A stretch of 63,283 nt of DNA from Rhizaria sp. SCN 62-66. Lineage: Eukaryota. The DNA lies in assembly GCA_001724265.1 (NCBI GenBank), contig MEDY01000003.1, positions 124,001-187,283 on the forward strand. The letters run 5' to 3'. Below are positions 47,056-59,600 of this stretch, one piece after another; the first letter of the stretch is position 1; each line of letters opens with the position of its first letter. The notes beneath the pieces are model-generated. The model saw only the letters and a list, made by a program, of their open reading frames with translations, did no database searches and was not told the origin of the DNA. Position numbers and translations under genes: made by a program.

Positions 47056-50000
47056 ATGTCAGCGTCGCCCGGGTCCGGCCGCAGCCTTCCGTTTGGTGCC
47101 CCGCGGCTGGGTCTCACGTCCAGCGATCCTCGGCTCGCAGCCCTGCTCGGTCCCCCCTCCCAACACTCCTCACACACGCACTCACACACGCACTCACACT
47201 CGCACCAGACGCGGCCGCAAACTGTAGGCGCGGGAAGTGACGGTCTGTCCAGGACAGACTACCTCCCGCAAAAATACTCCTTTTCGCACACTTACCGTCA
47301 AAGGGCGCTCGCGACCTCGGCCGCCGCAGCCGGCGCAAACACACTCGCGAACAATGGCGCCGACATCGGCAACACTGCGCCGATGATGACGACGACTGTG
47401 GCGACGGGCGGCGCGGCTTTCGCGGGGCCCGATGCAAGGGGCGGCAAGGGCAGTTTAAGGGGACTCGCCTCGCCAACAGCAACAACGCCGGTCAAGGGCG
47501 CGTACAATATCGCGAACTCTGGCGCGGGCTCTGCTGGCAACGGCAGGAGCGCGCTGGTACTGACCTGCGGCCCCACGCTGCCTCCTGCGATCAACGGCAA
47601 CGGTGACAACAACGCGATTGCGCATACGCTTGCGAGCAGCTTCCCGAGCGCGGGCTCGGGGCAATCCTGCATCTCAAGCTCGAGCTCGAGCTCTAACGCT
47701 GGCGTTGGAGCTGCTGCTGACTACAACAGCGTCAGCAGCGGCAACTGCGTCAAGCAAGGGCAGACTGACTGCGCGGAGAGAGGCAGCAATCATGGCGACA
47801 CGGTGTGTTTGAGCAATTTTGCGGCGATGTCTCCCGTAGCAGGCGCTAACGCGGGGTTGTCACTGATGTTGCCACCGCTAACGCTGCAGCAGCAGCAACA
47901 GCAGATGCAGCTGCAGTCGCAGTTGCAACAGCAGGCGCAACCGCTGGTGTCGTCACGAACGCCTCTAAAGTACAAAGGCAGTGGTTGTAGCGCTAGTACT
48001 ACGAAACCTGCTACGCACAACAGCGGCGATAGTAAGGAACTGTCAACTACGTCGTTTATCCAGATCAACACCCCGACCAAGACTGCCCTCACTCGCCACA
48101 ACACAGGCGTTACCGCTAGCCGCCAAAACATAAACAGCGCAGCGACGACTCAGAGCGTCACTGGCCCGAACAGCCGCTGGGACACCGAGCCCTTGACTGC
48201 TAAAGACGCGATCACGCCGAGGACTGCTGGTCATGACGATAGCCTTACTTCAGCCCATGGCGATCCCTTGTCCGCGGCTCACAGCGTCGGCGGCGCAGCC
48301 GCAGGGCTCGGCTCGCGGGAACGCCTGTTCGCCCTCACAGCAGAGGTGGACGAACGCAAGGTACGCTGAACTCATCAAACTTGTAAAAACATGACTAGCA
48401 TGTCAGCAATGGTTAATTAAAATAACTCTCATTTATTTGACTTTGTCTTATAACTGCCCGCTTTGTATTTGTCATCAAACGACTCTCTCTTTCACAAATT
48501 TTATGTTTGTTTCGCGTTTGTCGCGTTCAGGTCCAGGTTGCCCGCCTCGAGGCCACGATCACCGCCTCCTCGCAGGCGCTGGCTGCCGCTGAGGCCGCCG
48601 TGGCCGGACTGACGCAGTCGCTGGCGGGCACAACGGCGCGCGCCGACGCCGCCGAGAGCGCGCTGGCGCTGGCGCGGGAGCAGGTCGCCGAGCACGCGCG
48701 CGCGCGCGGGGCCGCCGAGGCGGCGCGGGACGCGGCCGTGAGCAAGCGCTGCGGCGCTGAGGCCGACGCAGGCACGGCGTGGCGCGAGGTCGATCGGCTC
48801 AAGGCGGTCGCTGCGGCTGCGATCGAGGCTAAGGAGGTACGTTCCGTTCCTATCATTGTCATAACATCGCGGTTCATCTTCAAATGTTCTTGTTTTAACA
48901 TCATAAGTGTCTCATGATGTCGCATCTGTCTTTTGTAACCGTTTCACGCTTAGGCCGCTGAAACCGCGGCCCACGAGCAGCTGATGGCGCACACCGCGCT
49001 CGTCTCGTCCCTACGCTCCCGCCTCGCCTCGGCCTCGGCCTCCGCAGCGCACGCCCAGGCCGCATCAGACGTCTCCGCGGCGCACCGCGAGGCCGCCGCA
49101 GCGCGTCTCGCGGCGCTGGAGCCCGAGCTGGTGGCAGCGCGCGCGGCGGCGGACAAGGACCGCGAGGAGCTCCTCAAGCGCGAAGTCGAGGCCGAGCGCG
49201 CGCGCGCGCTGCTCAAGGACGAGGCGCAGGCGCGGCAGGGCGACCGCGCGGCGTCGGCAGCGTCGGCCAGCACGGCCGCGAAGCTCGCCAAGGAGCGCGG
49301 CGCGCTCAAGGCCGAGGCCAGCGTGCTGCGTGCGGCTGTGGCGCGCAAGAGCGACGAGCTGGACGCTCTGGCGGTCACGCTCGCTAACGTACGGCGCGAG
49401 GCGCAGCGCCAGGTCGCCGCCGTGGCCAGCGAGCGAGACGCCGCCGCGGCGCGCAGGGACGCGCTCAGGGAGGAAGTGGCCGCGCTGAGCGATGCGCTCA
49501 GAACGGCGCAGGCCACGGCCGTCGCCGCCGGCAAGAGGGAGGCCGAGCTCACGGGAACCATCGCGAGGTACGTCGAAGCAGATATCGTGAAACAACTTGT
49601 GGTATACCAAGACTCTCTACAAGTTGAAATTGTGTACATTTAAACTGATTTGAGCTATCACTCATATATCGTTGCTTTGTTCAATGCTTTGCTGCTGTTC
49701 AATGTTGCTTCTCACAGGGCTGGTCGCGAGATGACTCGTCTCCGCGCGGCTGCTGCCGGCGGCGAGCGGGCCGAGGCCGAAGTGGAGGTCCTCCGCGGAC
49801 AGCTTTCCGCTCTTGAGGACAAGCTCGAGGAGACCAAGCGCGCGCGCGACGCTGCGGAGCGCACGGGTGACGATGCGGGCGAGATGCGGCTTAACTTTGC
49901 GCGCGTTTCTGCCGAACTTGAAGCGCGCACTGCGTCGGGCGAAGCGGCCGAGGCCGAGGCCGCGGCGGCGCGCGCGGAGACCCGGGCCGCGCGGCGTGCG

Positions 50001-50261
50001 GTGACTGAGGCTGAGACCACGACGGCAGAGGGCTTGGAGCGCGAGCGCTTGCTGCAGGAGACAGTCAAAGTCAAGGAAGCAGAGGCCGAGGCTGCTACGG
50101 CGAGGGAGGAAAACGAGCGGCGAAAGCGTGCTGGCGTCGAAGCGACTGTGAAGCGATTAGAAGCTATGGTTGGACTGAAGGAGAACGAGTGCGAGCGGCT
50201 GCGCGGTGTGATTGAATCTATGGCGGCGCTTAAGGCAGCGCATAACGCGAGCAAACGGTGA
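47056..50261 (+). CDS. Hypothetical protein: disordered N-terminus and long Ala/Glu/Arg coiled coil
   Basis: Exons 47056-48360, 48531-48836, 48954-49567, 49718-50261 with GTACG..AG introns in consistent phase; heptad-like composition in exons 2-4. Ends TGA. Confidence 0.75.
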
Positions 50262-50598
50262 TGTAGTGATTGCGGTAGCGACTGTGCGATTGACACTGGT
50301 TTCTAATTGTCAACACTTGTATAACTGCAAAATTATTCAAATGACTATAATTAGAGTAAATTGATTGAAGCTGAATACGTACTGATACATAGATGACTAG
50401 ATTTTGTATTTCTCTCTTTGTTCCTGACGATCAGCTTGCTTTAGTATCGTTGCTGACGGAATGACTGATAAACATATTGCGTGTGAAATATATAATAGAA
50501 TATCGTAGAAATAAAATAGAAGAGTGAATTGACTTTGATTAGTGAAAAACAAAGTGCGTCACCAACAGTCCGAAGTCCGCATGGTCCGCATGGTTAGT

Positions 50599-50618
50599 TT
50601 ACGCCGACGGGCCCGGGG

Positions 50619-50650
<32 letters not shown>

Positions 50651-53600
50651 ATCTGTGCCTGCTGCTGAGCCTGCGCTTGTTGTTGCTGCTGCTGCTGTTG
50701 CTGTTGCTGCGAGCTTGCCGACGAGTACACGATCTGCATGTTGGGCATCGGCGCCTTGACGCTGACGCCGTAGAAGAACGCGTTGCCGGTGCCCGTGAGC
50801 GGCTGCGCAATGACCTGGTAGCCGATGTTCTCCGTGTACACCTGCAGGTAGCCGTAGCCGGCCGGCGGCGCGGGCAGCTTCGACGACGGCGAGAGCGGTG
50901 GCGGCGCGGGGGGCGACGCGGCCGCGGGCGCGGGCGCAGCGGCCGCGGCGGGCGCGGCGGCGGTGGCGCTGGCGGGCGCGGAGCCAGTGGTGTTGTAGCT
51001 GCCGCTGCTGGTGCTGGAGTTGTTCGGGTAGCTCGCGCTCGAGTCCAGCTGTTGCTGCTGCTGCATTTGCGCGAGCTGCTGCGCCTGCGCTTGTGCCTGC
51101 TGCTGCTGCAGCTGAGCCTGAGCCTGGGCCTGGGCTTGCGCCTGCGCCTGCGCCTGCGCCTGAGCAGCAGCCTGGGCCTGCGCCTGAGCCTGCGCCTGCG
51201 CGGCCGCAGCGGCCTGAGCCTGGGCTTGGGCCTGGGCAGCGGCGGCCTGCGCTTGCGCCTGGGCCTGAGCCTGCGCCTGCGCTTGGGCCTGTGCTTGCGC
51301 CTGAGCGGCAGCAGCAGCTTGGGCCTGCGCCTGCGCCTGCGCTTGGGCCTGCGCCTGCGCCTGCGCCGCGGCGGCAGCAGCAGTCGCCGCGGCGGCCGCG
51401 GCGGCCGCACGCTTGTTGATGCTGTCCTGCGCGCGGCGGTGCAGGTGCGCGATCTGCGGCGGCATGTACATCTGCTGCACGTGCTCGGGCGGCAGCCCCA
51501 GCTGCACGCGGTGCGCGTGCGACACGGCAGCCGGCTGCGACGGGTCCAGGTGCGAGAGAATCGCGCGCACGCTGTCGTCCGTCGTCGGCAGTGGGGGCGG
51601 CGGCGCGCCGCTCGCCGTCGCCGCCGCGGCCTGTGCGTGCGCCTGCTGCATCACAGTCGCGAACGGCATCACGCTCGCACGGCCCAACTCGCGCGCGCGC
51701 GCGATATTCTGCGCCGAGCGGTCGACGAGCCCCAGCAGCTGCAGCAGCTGTGGCAGCGGCGCCGAGTCGGGCGGCAGTACAGCCATGCCCGCGCCCGCGG
51801 CCGCGAAGCCCGGGGCGCGTTGCGCCGCGGGGTACGGCACGGTCGGCGGCGCGGGCGGCGCGGGCGGCGAGGGCGTCTGGCCGCCCGACGGGCTCGCGCT
51901 GGGCCCGGTCGCGGAGCCCGAGGCGGGCAGCGGCAGCACCACGTCGGTCTCCTTGGCGTTGGCGCCACTGGCGCCCTCGGACGCGGTCTCGCCCTCAGTG
52001 CGCGAGCGCTTGACGCGGGGGCCGCCCTCCTCGCCCTCCGCGGTCGCGGCGGCGTCGCCGCTGGACGTGGCCGCGGCGGCGTCAGAACTGGAGCTGGCGC
52101 TGGCGCTGGCGCTCGTGGAAAGGGTCCCCTCGGCGGCGGTCGCACTGCTGCTGCTGCTGGAACTGCTGTCGGCATCGGCGCCGCCGAGCTCACGGCGCTT
52201 GCGGTCGCTCGCGGTCGTGGCGTAGCGCTTGCCGCGGCGGTCGTCGAAGCCCTCACCGTCGCCGTCGGCAGCGCCGCCCTTAACGGCCGCGCCGCGCCGG
52301 TCGCCGTTGCTCGCGGCGGCCGCAGCGGCCGCGGCGGACGCGGCCGCGGCCGCGGCGTCGGCGGCGGTGAGCGCGGGCAGGAAGGGGTAGCTGGACGCGA
52401 GACACAGCGGCAGCGAGGGGTAGAAGAGCATCGCCACCTGCTGGTTCGGCGGAGGCGGCACAAGCCCGAGGGGCGCGGGTGGCACTGGCGCACCCGTGAG
52501 CGATGAATTAATCACGGCGTTGGCCATGTCCGTCTTCATCTGCTCGCGCTGCGTGAGCGTGACGTAGCGCAGCAGACACTGGCGCGCCGTCTTGAGCCGG
52601 CCCTTGGCCACCGGCTGCACGGCCAGCGCCTCGGACACCAGCGGGTAGTTGGAGCCAAAGCGCAGCAGCAGTTGCAGCAGCAGCGTGTCTTCGTCCGACC
52701 GCCAGATCGAGTCCGTCTGGAACATGGTGTCGGGCGACATCGCCGGCAGCCCCTCTGGCGCGGCACTGATGCCCGTGGCCTCGAACCCGGGCGTGGGGCG
52801 GATCGTGTTGATCAGCAGTGGCGGATGCGCGGCCTCGCGCGGGATGCCGCGCGACCACTCGTGCGGGTACGGCGCCAGGAACGACTGCGTCAGCGGCTCG
52901 GCGGGCGTCCACAGGCCGCGCACCGAGGGCACGGGGGCCGAGTCGCGCCACGCGGGCGGCAGCGCGGCCAGCGTCGACGCCGGCAGCAGCGCCTGCGCGA
53001 GCGAAGACGACGATGCGAGCACGGAGCGCACCGCCGCGGGCGTCAGCGCGTGGCCCGCGATCTGCGTCGACACATTCGCCAGCGCGGCCGCGGTGCTCGT
53101 GTCGCAGTCGAGAACGTCGCCGTCGCCGTCGCAGTCGCCGTCGTTGCCGTCGGGGTTGGCGCCGCGCTTGTCGCCGCTGCTGTCGGTGTCGTCGTCGTCG
53201 TCGTCAGCGCCAGCAGGACTCGAGCCGGAGCCATCGTCCTCGGGGTTATTACTGTTGCTGCCCTTGCCCTTGTCGCTCAGGAGCTCGCCGTTCTTAGCGA
53301 TGGCGTCCGCCGCGGCCTCAAACGCGCTGGCGCCCTCGGCGGCCTCGGCGTTGGCGTAGAGCTGCTCGAGGGACGCCAGATCCATGCCCGTGGGCGGCGT
53401 CTCGGGCACCACGGGGAGACGCCAGCGCGGGGCCGTGGGCGGCTGGAACAGCAGAGACTGATAGAGCTGCACGCGCATCACCGTCAGCACACGCACGCGC
53501 GACGCGCTCGCCGCGGCGTGCGCACTCGCCGCCGACGCGGAGCACGAGCTCTGTGCGGCAGGGGCGGTGACGGCAGCGAGGACGCGGGTGTCCCGCTTGG

Positions 53601-56600
53601 TCCGAACGCCACCCTTGGCAGAGCTAGCGCTGGAGCCACTGCTGGAGCTCTTGTCCTGAGAAGCGCTCTTCGCCTTGTTGCCCGCCGCCTTGGTGGGCAG
53701 CACGGACTTGGGCGCAGGCACCACGAGCGCATTCGCGCCGGCACCGTTCGCGCCGGTGGACTTGCCCCTGCTCTTGCTGGCGACGGCGGCGAGCACCTCG
53801 CTGGCGGCCGTGGCGGCCGCGGTGGCCGTGTCGCGCACAGTCGCGGCGTTGGTGCGCGCCGTGCGGCCGATCCACGACACCAGCCCCGGGAGCCCGGCGT
53901 TGAGGATGTCGAACGGCAGCGGCGGGATCGAGAAGGGCAGGTGCGCCGACTGCGGCGCGAGCGCGAGGTCGACGAGCAGCTGCGTCGTGGGTGTCACCAT
54001 CGCGGCCGGAGAGACGGCCGCGGAGAGAACAGGCACGGTCGACACCGTGGTGACGGCGCCCGACTGCGCCAGCGCGCTGCCGGCCGTCGTGCTAGCGGGC
54101 GCAGCGGCCACGGCGAGCGTCGCCGTCGGCACCAGCGCCGCGCCGGCCGTGGACACGACCGTGGGCGGCAGCGCGGGCGCCGCGAGCGCGGGCGGCAGCG
54201 CGGCGCGGAGCCCGCCGACGCAGACGACGCCCGCGAGCGCGGGGGCCGCTCCGGCCATGACTGGGCACGAGCACGCGCCCTGCGCGATCGACACCGTCGC
54301 CGAGGCGGGCATCGCGCGCGTGATGGTAGTCAGCGAGTTAGCCGCGACCTCGGACGCCGCCGCGGCCGCCTGCAGCGCGGGCGCGATCGAGATGCCCGCG
54401 CGCGCGAGCGCGGTCGCGATGGCCGCCGTCACGGCGCCGGCGCCGGGCGAGCGCGGGACGTAGCACGACGTGTTGCCCGTCGCGGCCGCCGCGGCCAGCG
54501 CGGAGAAGGCCTCGGCGTTGGCGTAGCTCAGCGGGGACGTGTGCGCGAACAGCGCAGCCGCGCTCATGTTCGAGCCGGCAACGCCGCCGTCATCGCTCAT
54601 CGCGACACCGCTATTGTTATTGCTACCGTTGTTGTTGCTATTGTAATTCTGCACGTGCAACAGCGTGTCGCCCAGCACGGCGGCGTTGTAGCCGTCGCCG
54701 TAGACGTACGCCGGCGGGGCCGCGCTCGAGAACGAGCCGCATGGCTTGCGGCCGAGCAGCGCCGCGGCGGCCGCGCTGGCGCCGTTGCTGTGGCCGACGC
54801 CGAGCCCGCCCGCGCCCGCCCCCGCGCCGGTGCCTGGGAGCGCGACGGCGACGCCCAGGTGCGCCTCGTACACGTCGCGCGCGCGCGGGCGGGTGCGGTC
54901 GGCGAGGCTGCGCGGCCCGCCGATGAGCGGCGGCGTGCGGTGCATGGTCAGGCCGCCGGCCGGGGCGCCGCCAGTGAGCGCGGCGGCGGCCGCGGCGGCC
55001 GTGGAGAGCTCGAGTGCAGCGTGGAGGATGCTGTGCTCGATGAGGTAGTACTGCTGCGCGGTGGCGACGGCGTGCGTGTTCATGCGGTCGAGCACGAGGT
55101 GCACACCGGACCCCGTGCGGCCAGAGTTGGGCAGCTGGATCGCCCAGGACGGGATGCGCAGCGTGAAGCGCTCGGGGTCGCACGTAATCAGCGGCCGCCC
55201 GCAGAGCGACACGCCCGTCGGGGTGCGCGTGGTGGAGCCCGTGGTGATGTGCAGCGCCTGATTGATGCCGGCCGTCGCGGTGGAGCCCCCGGAGGCGGAG
55301 ATGGGCGCCACGGGCGGGCCCGTGAGCATGATCGTCGCCGACTGCGCCTTGAGCAGTCGGTTCGCAGACGAGCTGACGGAGCGTGGCAACATGCGAGCGA
55401 CCGTGAGGGGGGAGGTGAAGAGGCCAAACCCGCAGTCGACGTCGGCGTCGAGCGGCTGCGCGCCATTGCGCCGGTTCGCGCGCTCGCCCACGGCCACGGC
55501 CGAGTAGTTGTTGCTGTTGCGCGGCTCCATGCCTTCGAGCGACACGGGGCCCAGCGGGTTGGGCGTCACTGCACCAGGCTCCTCAGAGCAGAAGACGAAC
55601 TCCTCGTCCAGCGGGGGCAGCAGCGGGGGGCGGTCCACGGTCGGCTCGAACGCGTAGCCGCGCAGCAGCAGGTCGTCGTAAGCTGACCGCAGCCCCGTGA
55701 GGCGCGACGAGTAGACCTGGCCCTGCACGGACTGGAGCGCGCGGAACAGCGGCACGCGCCGCAGATCCTCCGCGCTGTCCCGCGTGACGCCGGAGCCACG
55801 GTGCGCGCCCGCGGGCGTCGCCGGGACAAGCGCGTGGCTGCTGTTGATGCTGCTGTCATCCGCGTAGTTGTGGGCGACAATGCCGGCCAGACGGCGGAGC
55901 TTGCGCTCGGCCTCGGAGCCCGCCGCGGCGGGGACGCGCTTAACGCGGCCGCCGCCCACAGCAACCTTGCTGTCGCGAGAGCTCGCACCGCCACCGGCGC
56001 TGGCACTGGCGCTGGCACTGGCGCTGGCGCTCGCGGTGCTGGCGGAACCACCATTAGACTTGTGGCTGGGACTGACGCTGCTGCTGGGCTTGTTAAGCGA
56101 GATGGGGACCGTGAGCATGCCCGTGGCGCCCTTCGTGGCGGCGGCGGCGGCACCGTCGAGCGGGACACGCACCTCGGTGAGCGCGTTGGGCAGGAGGTAG
56201 AACATGTTGCCCGCGTGCAGCGGGTGGTGCGGCGGCATCTGCGCCAGCGAGTCGCGCGGCGCGGGCACATCGGCGCCAGCGCCGCTCACACTGCTGCTGT
56301 TGCTGTTGCTGCTGACGCCGGCGCTGGCACCTGCACTGGCGTTAACGTCGTAGGGCACGCTGTACGCGAGCTTGCGGAGCCTGCGCTCGCGCTTGACGCG
56401 GCGGCGCAGCTTCGGCGGCAGCGCAGAAAGCTTGAGCGGCTTATACGGCACGGGCACGACGACGCCGGCGCCGCCCCGGGAGGCGAGCAGGCGTGCGCGG
56501 TGCGACACGACGGCCGCGCCCCAGCCGCGGGACAGAGGGACCTTGCCCGCCGCGCGCGCGACAGCCCCCGTGCCCGCGCCCGCGCCAGCACCGGCGCCGG

Positions 56601-59600
56601 AGGTGGAGGCGCCGCGGGCGGAGGCGCGGCCGCGGCCCGCGGCACCCGCGCTGCCGGCGTTGTTGCGGGAGGCTGCGCGGGACGGGGTAGCGGCCCCGGC
56701 CGAGGCGGAGGTGGCGGCGGCGGGATTGGTAGCGGCAGCAGAGGCGCGGCCGCGGCGGCTGGGAGTTGAGGCGGCGGCCGCGGGGGTCGCCGGCGTCACT
56801 CCAGCGCTGCGGCCGCCACGCTTGGTCCCCCCAGACGCGGGCGCGGACGCGGAGGAAGGGGCGGCGCTCTGTGCGGTGCTGTCAGTGGTGGCCGGAGCGA
56901 TCCGCGAGGGGCGAGCACCACTGTTACCGTTTTTTGACGCCCCCTTGGACGCTGAAGAGCCTGCGGATCGGCCCGAGTTGTTCGCTATCGATCGGCCGCT
57001 GCCAGCCGACTTCTTGCTGCTGTTGTTGTTGCTGCTGCCGCCGCCAGAAGAGCGGGAGTTGGCGTTGGAGCGAGAGCGAGAGCTGCGACCGTGGTCGTCC
57101 TCCTCTTCTTCCTCCTCGTCCTCGTCCTCGTCGTCGTCATCGTCGTCGTCGTCGTCAGCGTCGTCATCCTCGCCGTCGTCGTCGCCGTCGTCGTCTTCGT
57201 CCTCGTCCTCATCTTCGTCCTCGTCCTCGTCCTCATCGCCGTAGCCGTTGCCATTGTCGTAGTCATCAGCACCGTCAGCCATCGCCGCACCGGCACCGGC
57301 CTCCTCATCGGCCAGCTGCTGCTGCTGCTGCTCCTGCTCCATCAGCTCGAGCTGCTGTTGCTGCAGCGCCAGCGCGTGCTGATGCGCTAGCAGCGCCGCG
57401 CCGCCCAGCGCCACGTGCTTGCCCTGGTACAGCTCCTCGACGTAGCTAATGGCGAACTTCTGCACGCTGTTGAGCCGCGCGAGAACCTTGCCGAAGTCGC
57501 CGCGCACGCTGCCGCCGCTGCCGTCGCCGCCGTCGCCTCCTGCGAGCGCCGCGTCACCGTCGGCATCAGCGTCGCCGTCAAGCATCGCGCCGTCCGCGCC
57601 GGAACCATCTGCGCCGGCGGCGGCAGCGCCGTTGCTGTTGCTGTCGCCGTCCGCGAAGTCGTGCGTGTCGAGCGCGACCTCGGACTTGAGGTTGCGGGCC
57701 GCCACGCGGTCCTCCTCGTCCTCGATCGACTCCAGCATCGTCTCCAGCTGGCGCGAGCTGTAGCCCGCCTCGGCGCCGCCAACGGCCGAGGCGGAGGCGG
57801 AGGACGGGTTGGGGGTCTCGTTGATGTCCTTAAGGCCAAGCAACTCCCTGTAAATGATTGAAAAAAATAAGGAAAAAAAAAAGCATACAGAATGTGAGCA
57901 CGATGGTTTAGGAAATAAAATGGAGAAGAGCGAATTGATGCTAAAGTGTTGCTTGGAAAGTGAGTATAATCCGTACCTGGGGTCGAGCCTGTCAAGGAAG
58001 TCGGTGGTGAACTGGCCGTCACCGATGACGACGGAGTTCATGTGGCGCTTCTGGTTGCTCTTCTTGAGGATATTCTCCTCGACGCTGTTCTCGGTGACGA
58101 GGCGGTAGATGTTGACCTCGCGCGTCTGTCCGATGCGGTGGCAGCGGTCCTGCGCCTGCGCGTCGATCGACGGGTTCCAGTCTGAGTCGTAAAAGACGAC
58201 CGAGTCGGCGCCGGTGAGGTTCACACCCACGCCGCCTGCGCGCGTCGAGAGGATGAAGCAGAATATCTTAGGGTTGGTGTTGTACAGCTCCATCAGCCGC
58301 GCGCGGTCCTCCACCTTGGTCGCGCCGTCCAAACGCAGGTAGGTGTGTCCGTGCGAGTTAAGGAACGCCTCGAGGATGTCGAGCATCTTACTGAACTGGG
58401 TGAAGATGAGCGCGCGGTGGCCGCCGGCCTTGAGCTGCAGCAGCAGACGCGCGAGCGCCTGGAGCTTGCCGCAGTCCCACTGCAGCAGCCGCTTGTCGGG
58501 GAAGTAGAGCTGCCCGCGGATGCGCCGCTGGTGCAGGATGTCCTCCGCGGCAGACACAGTCGCGGCCACGAGGGCCTCGCGGCGCGCGTTCATCAGCGAC
58601 AGCGAGTTGACCGCGCCCGCAGACACGAGCGCGCCGCCGCCGCTGCCGGAGTCGGCGCCCGCGGCGATGAGAGCGGGCGCCGCGAGCTCGACAGCCGCGG
58701 CGGAGCCCGTGACGCGGGCCGAGAAGGCCGCGCCGGCGAGCCCGCGGCAGGGGCCCGAGGCGTCGATGGCGGGCGGCAGCGCGCGCGCGCGCGGGATGAG
58801 GCATGTGTACTGCACGATGGTCGCCGAGAGGTCCTCGGCGCGCTCGGTGTACGTGCGCAGCATCGCGAGCAGGCTGTCCGGCGTGGTCAGCCACGACGCG
58901 TACGCGTCCTTGGCGCTCGTCACCGCACTGCAACCATTGTTGCTGCCGGTGCTAGTGGGGTGGGCGCATCGGGCGCGGGCAAACTCGAGCCCCTGGAGCG
59001 GGCGGACGGCGGCCGCGCGGACCAGCCCCGCGGGCGCAAGCACCGGCGCGGCCAGGTCCGTGCGCAGCTGGTTCACCAGCGCGTTGCGCGCGCGGACCTC
59101 AGTGAGCGCCGCCGTGCGCGCCGTGTTGACGGCCTGCCAGAAAGACGCCACGGCGGGGTCCGCGGCGAACTCCGGCGAGAGCGCCGGCGCGCGGGTGGCG
59201 AGCGTGTCGCACTCGGCCTCGGCCTTGGCGCCCTGCTCCGCGCTCAACACCACGACGCCGCCGCCGGTGCTGCCGTGGGCGGCGTCGCCGGCGAGGCAGA
59301 GCGCGTGGTAGGGCGGGGGCAGCGCGGCGCGGGGCGGCGTGTGCAGCCCGAAGCGCGCCCACGAGTGCTGCGGCGCCGGGTCCAGCGCGCTGGCGGCCGA
59401 GACCGAGGCCAGCAGCGCAATTCCGGCGTTGGGCAGCAGCGCGGTCGCGTCGTCGGCCCACAGCAGCCCGCAGGACACGGCTGTGAGCGCCGCCTTAAGC
59501 GTGGCGCGCTCGGCCGCGGTCACCTCGACGCCGGCCGCGCTGCCGGCGCCCGCGGCGGCCGCGGCGGTGAGGCAGAGCGCGCCCGCAGGGAGCCCGCTCG

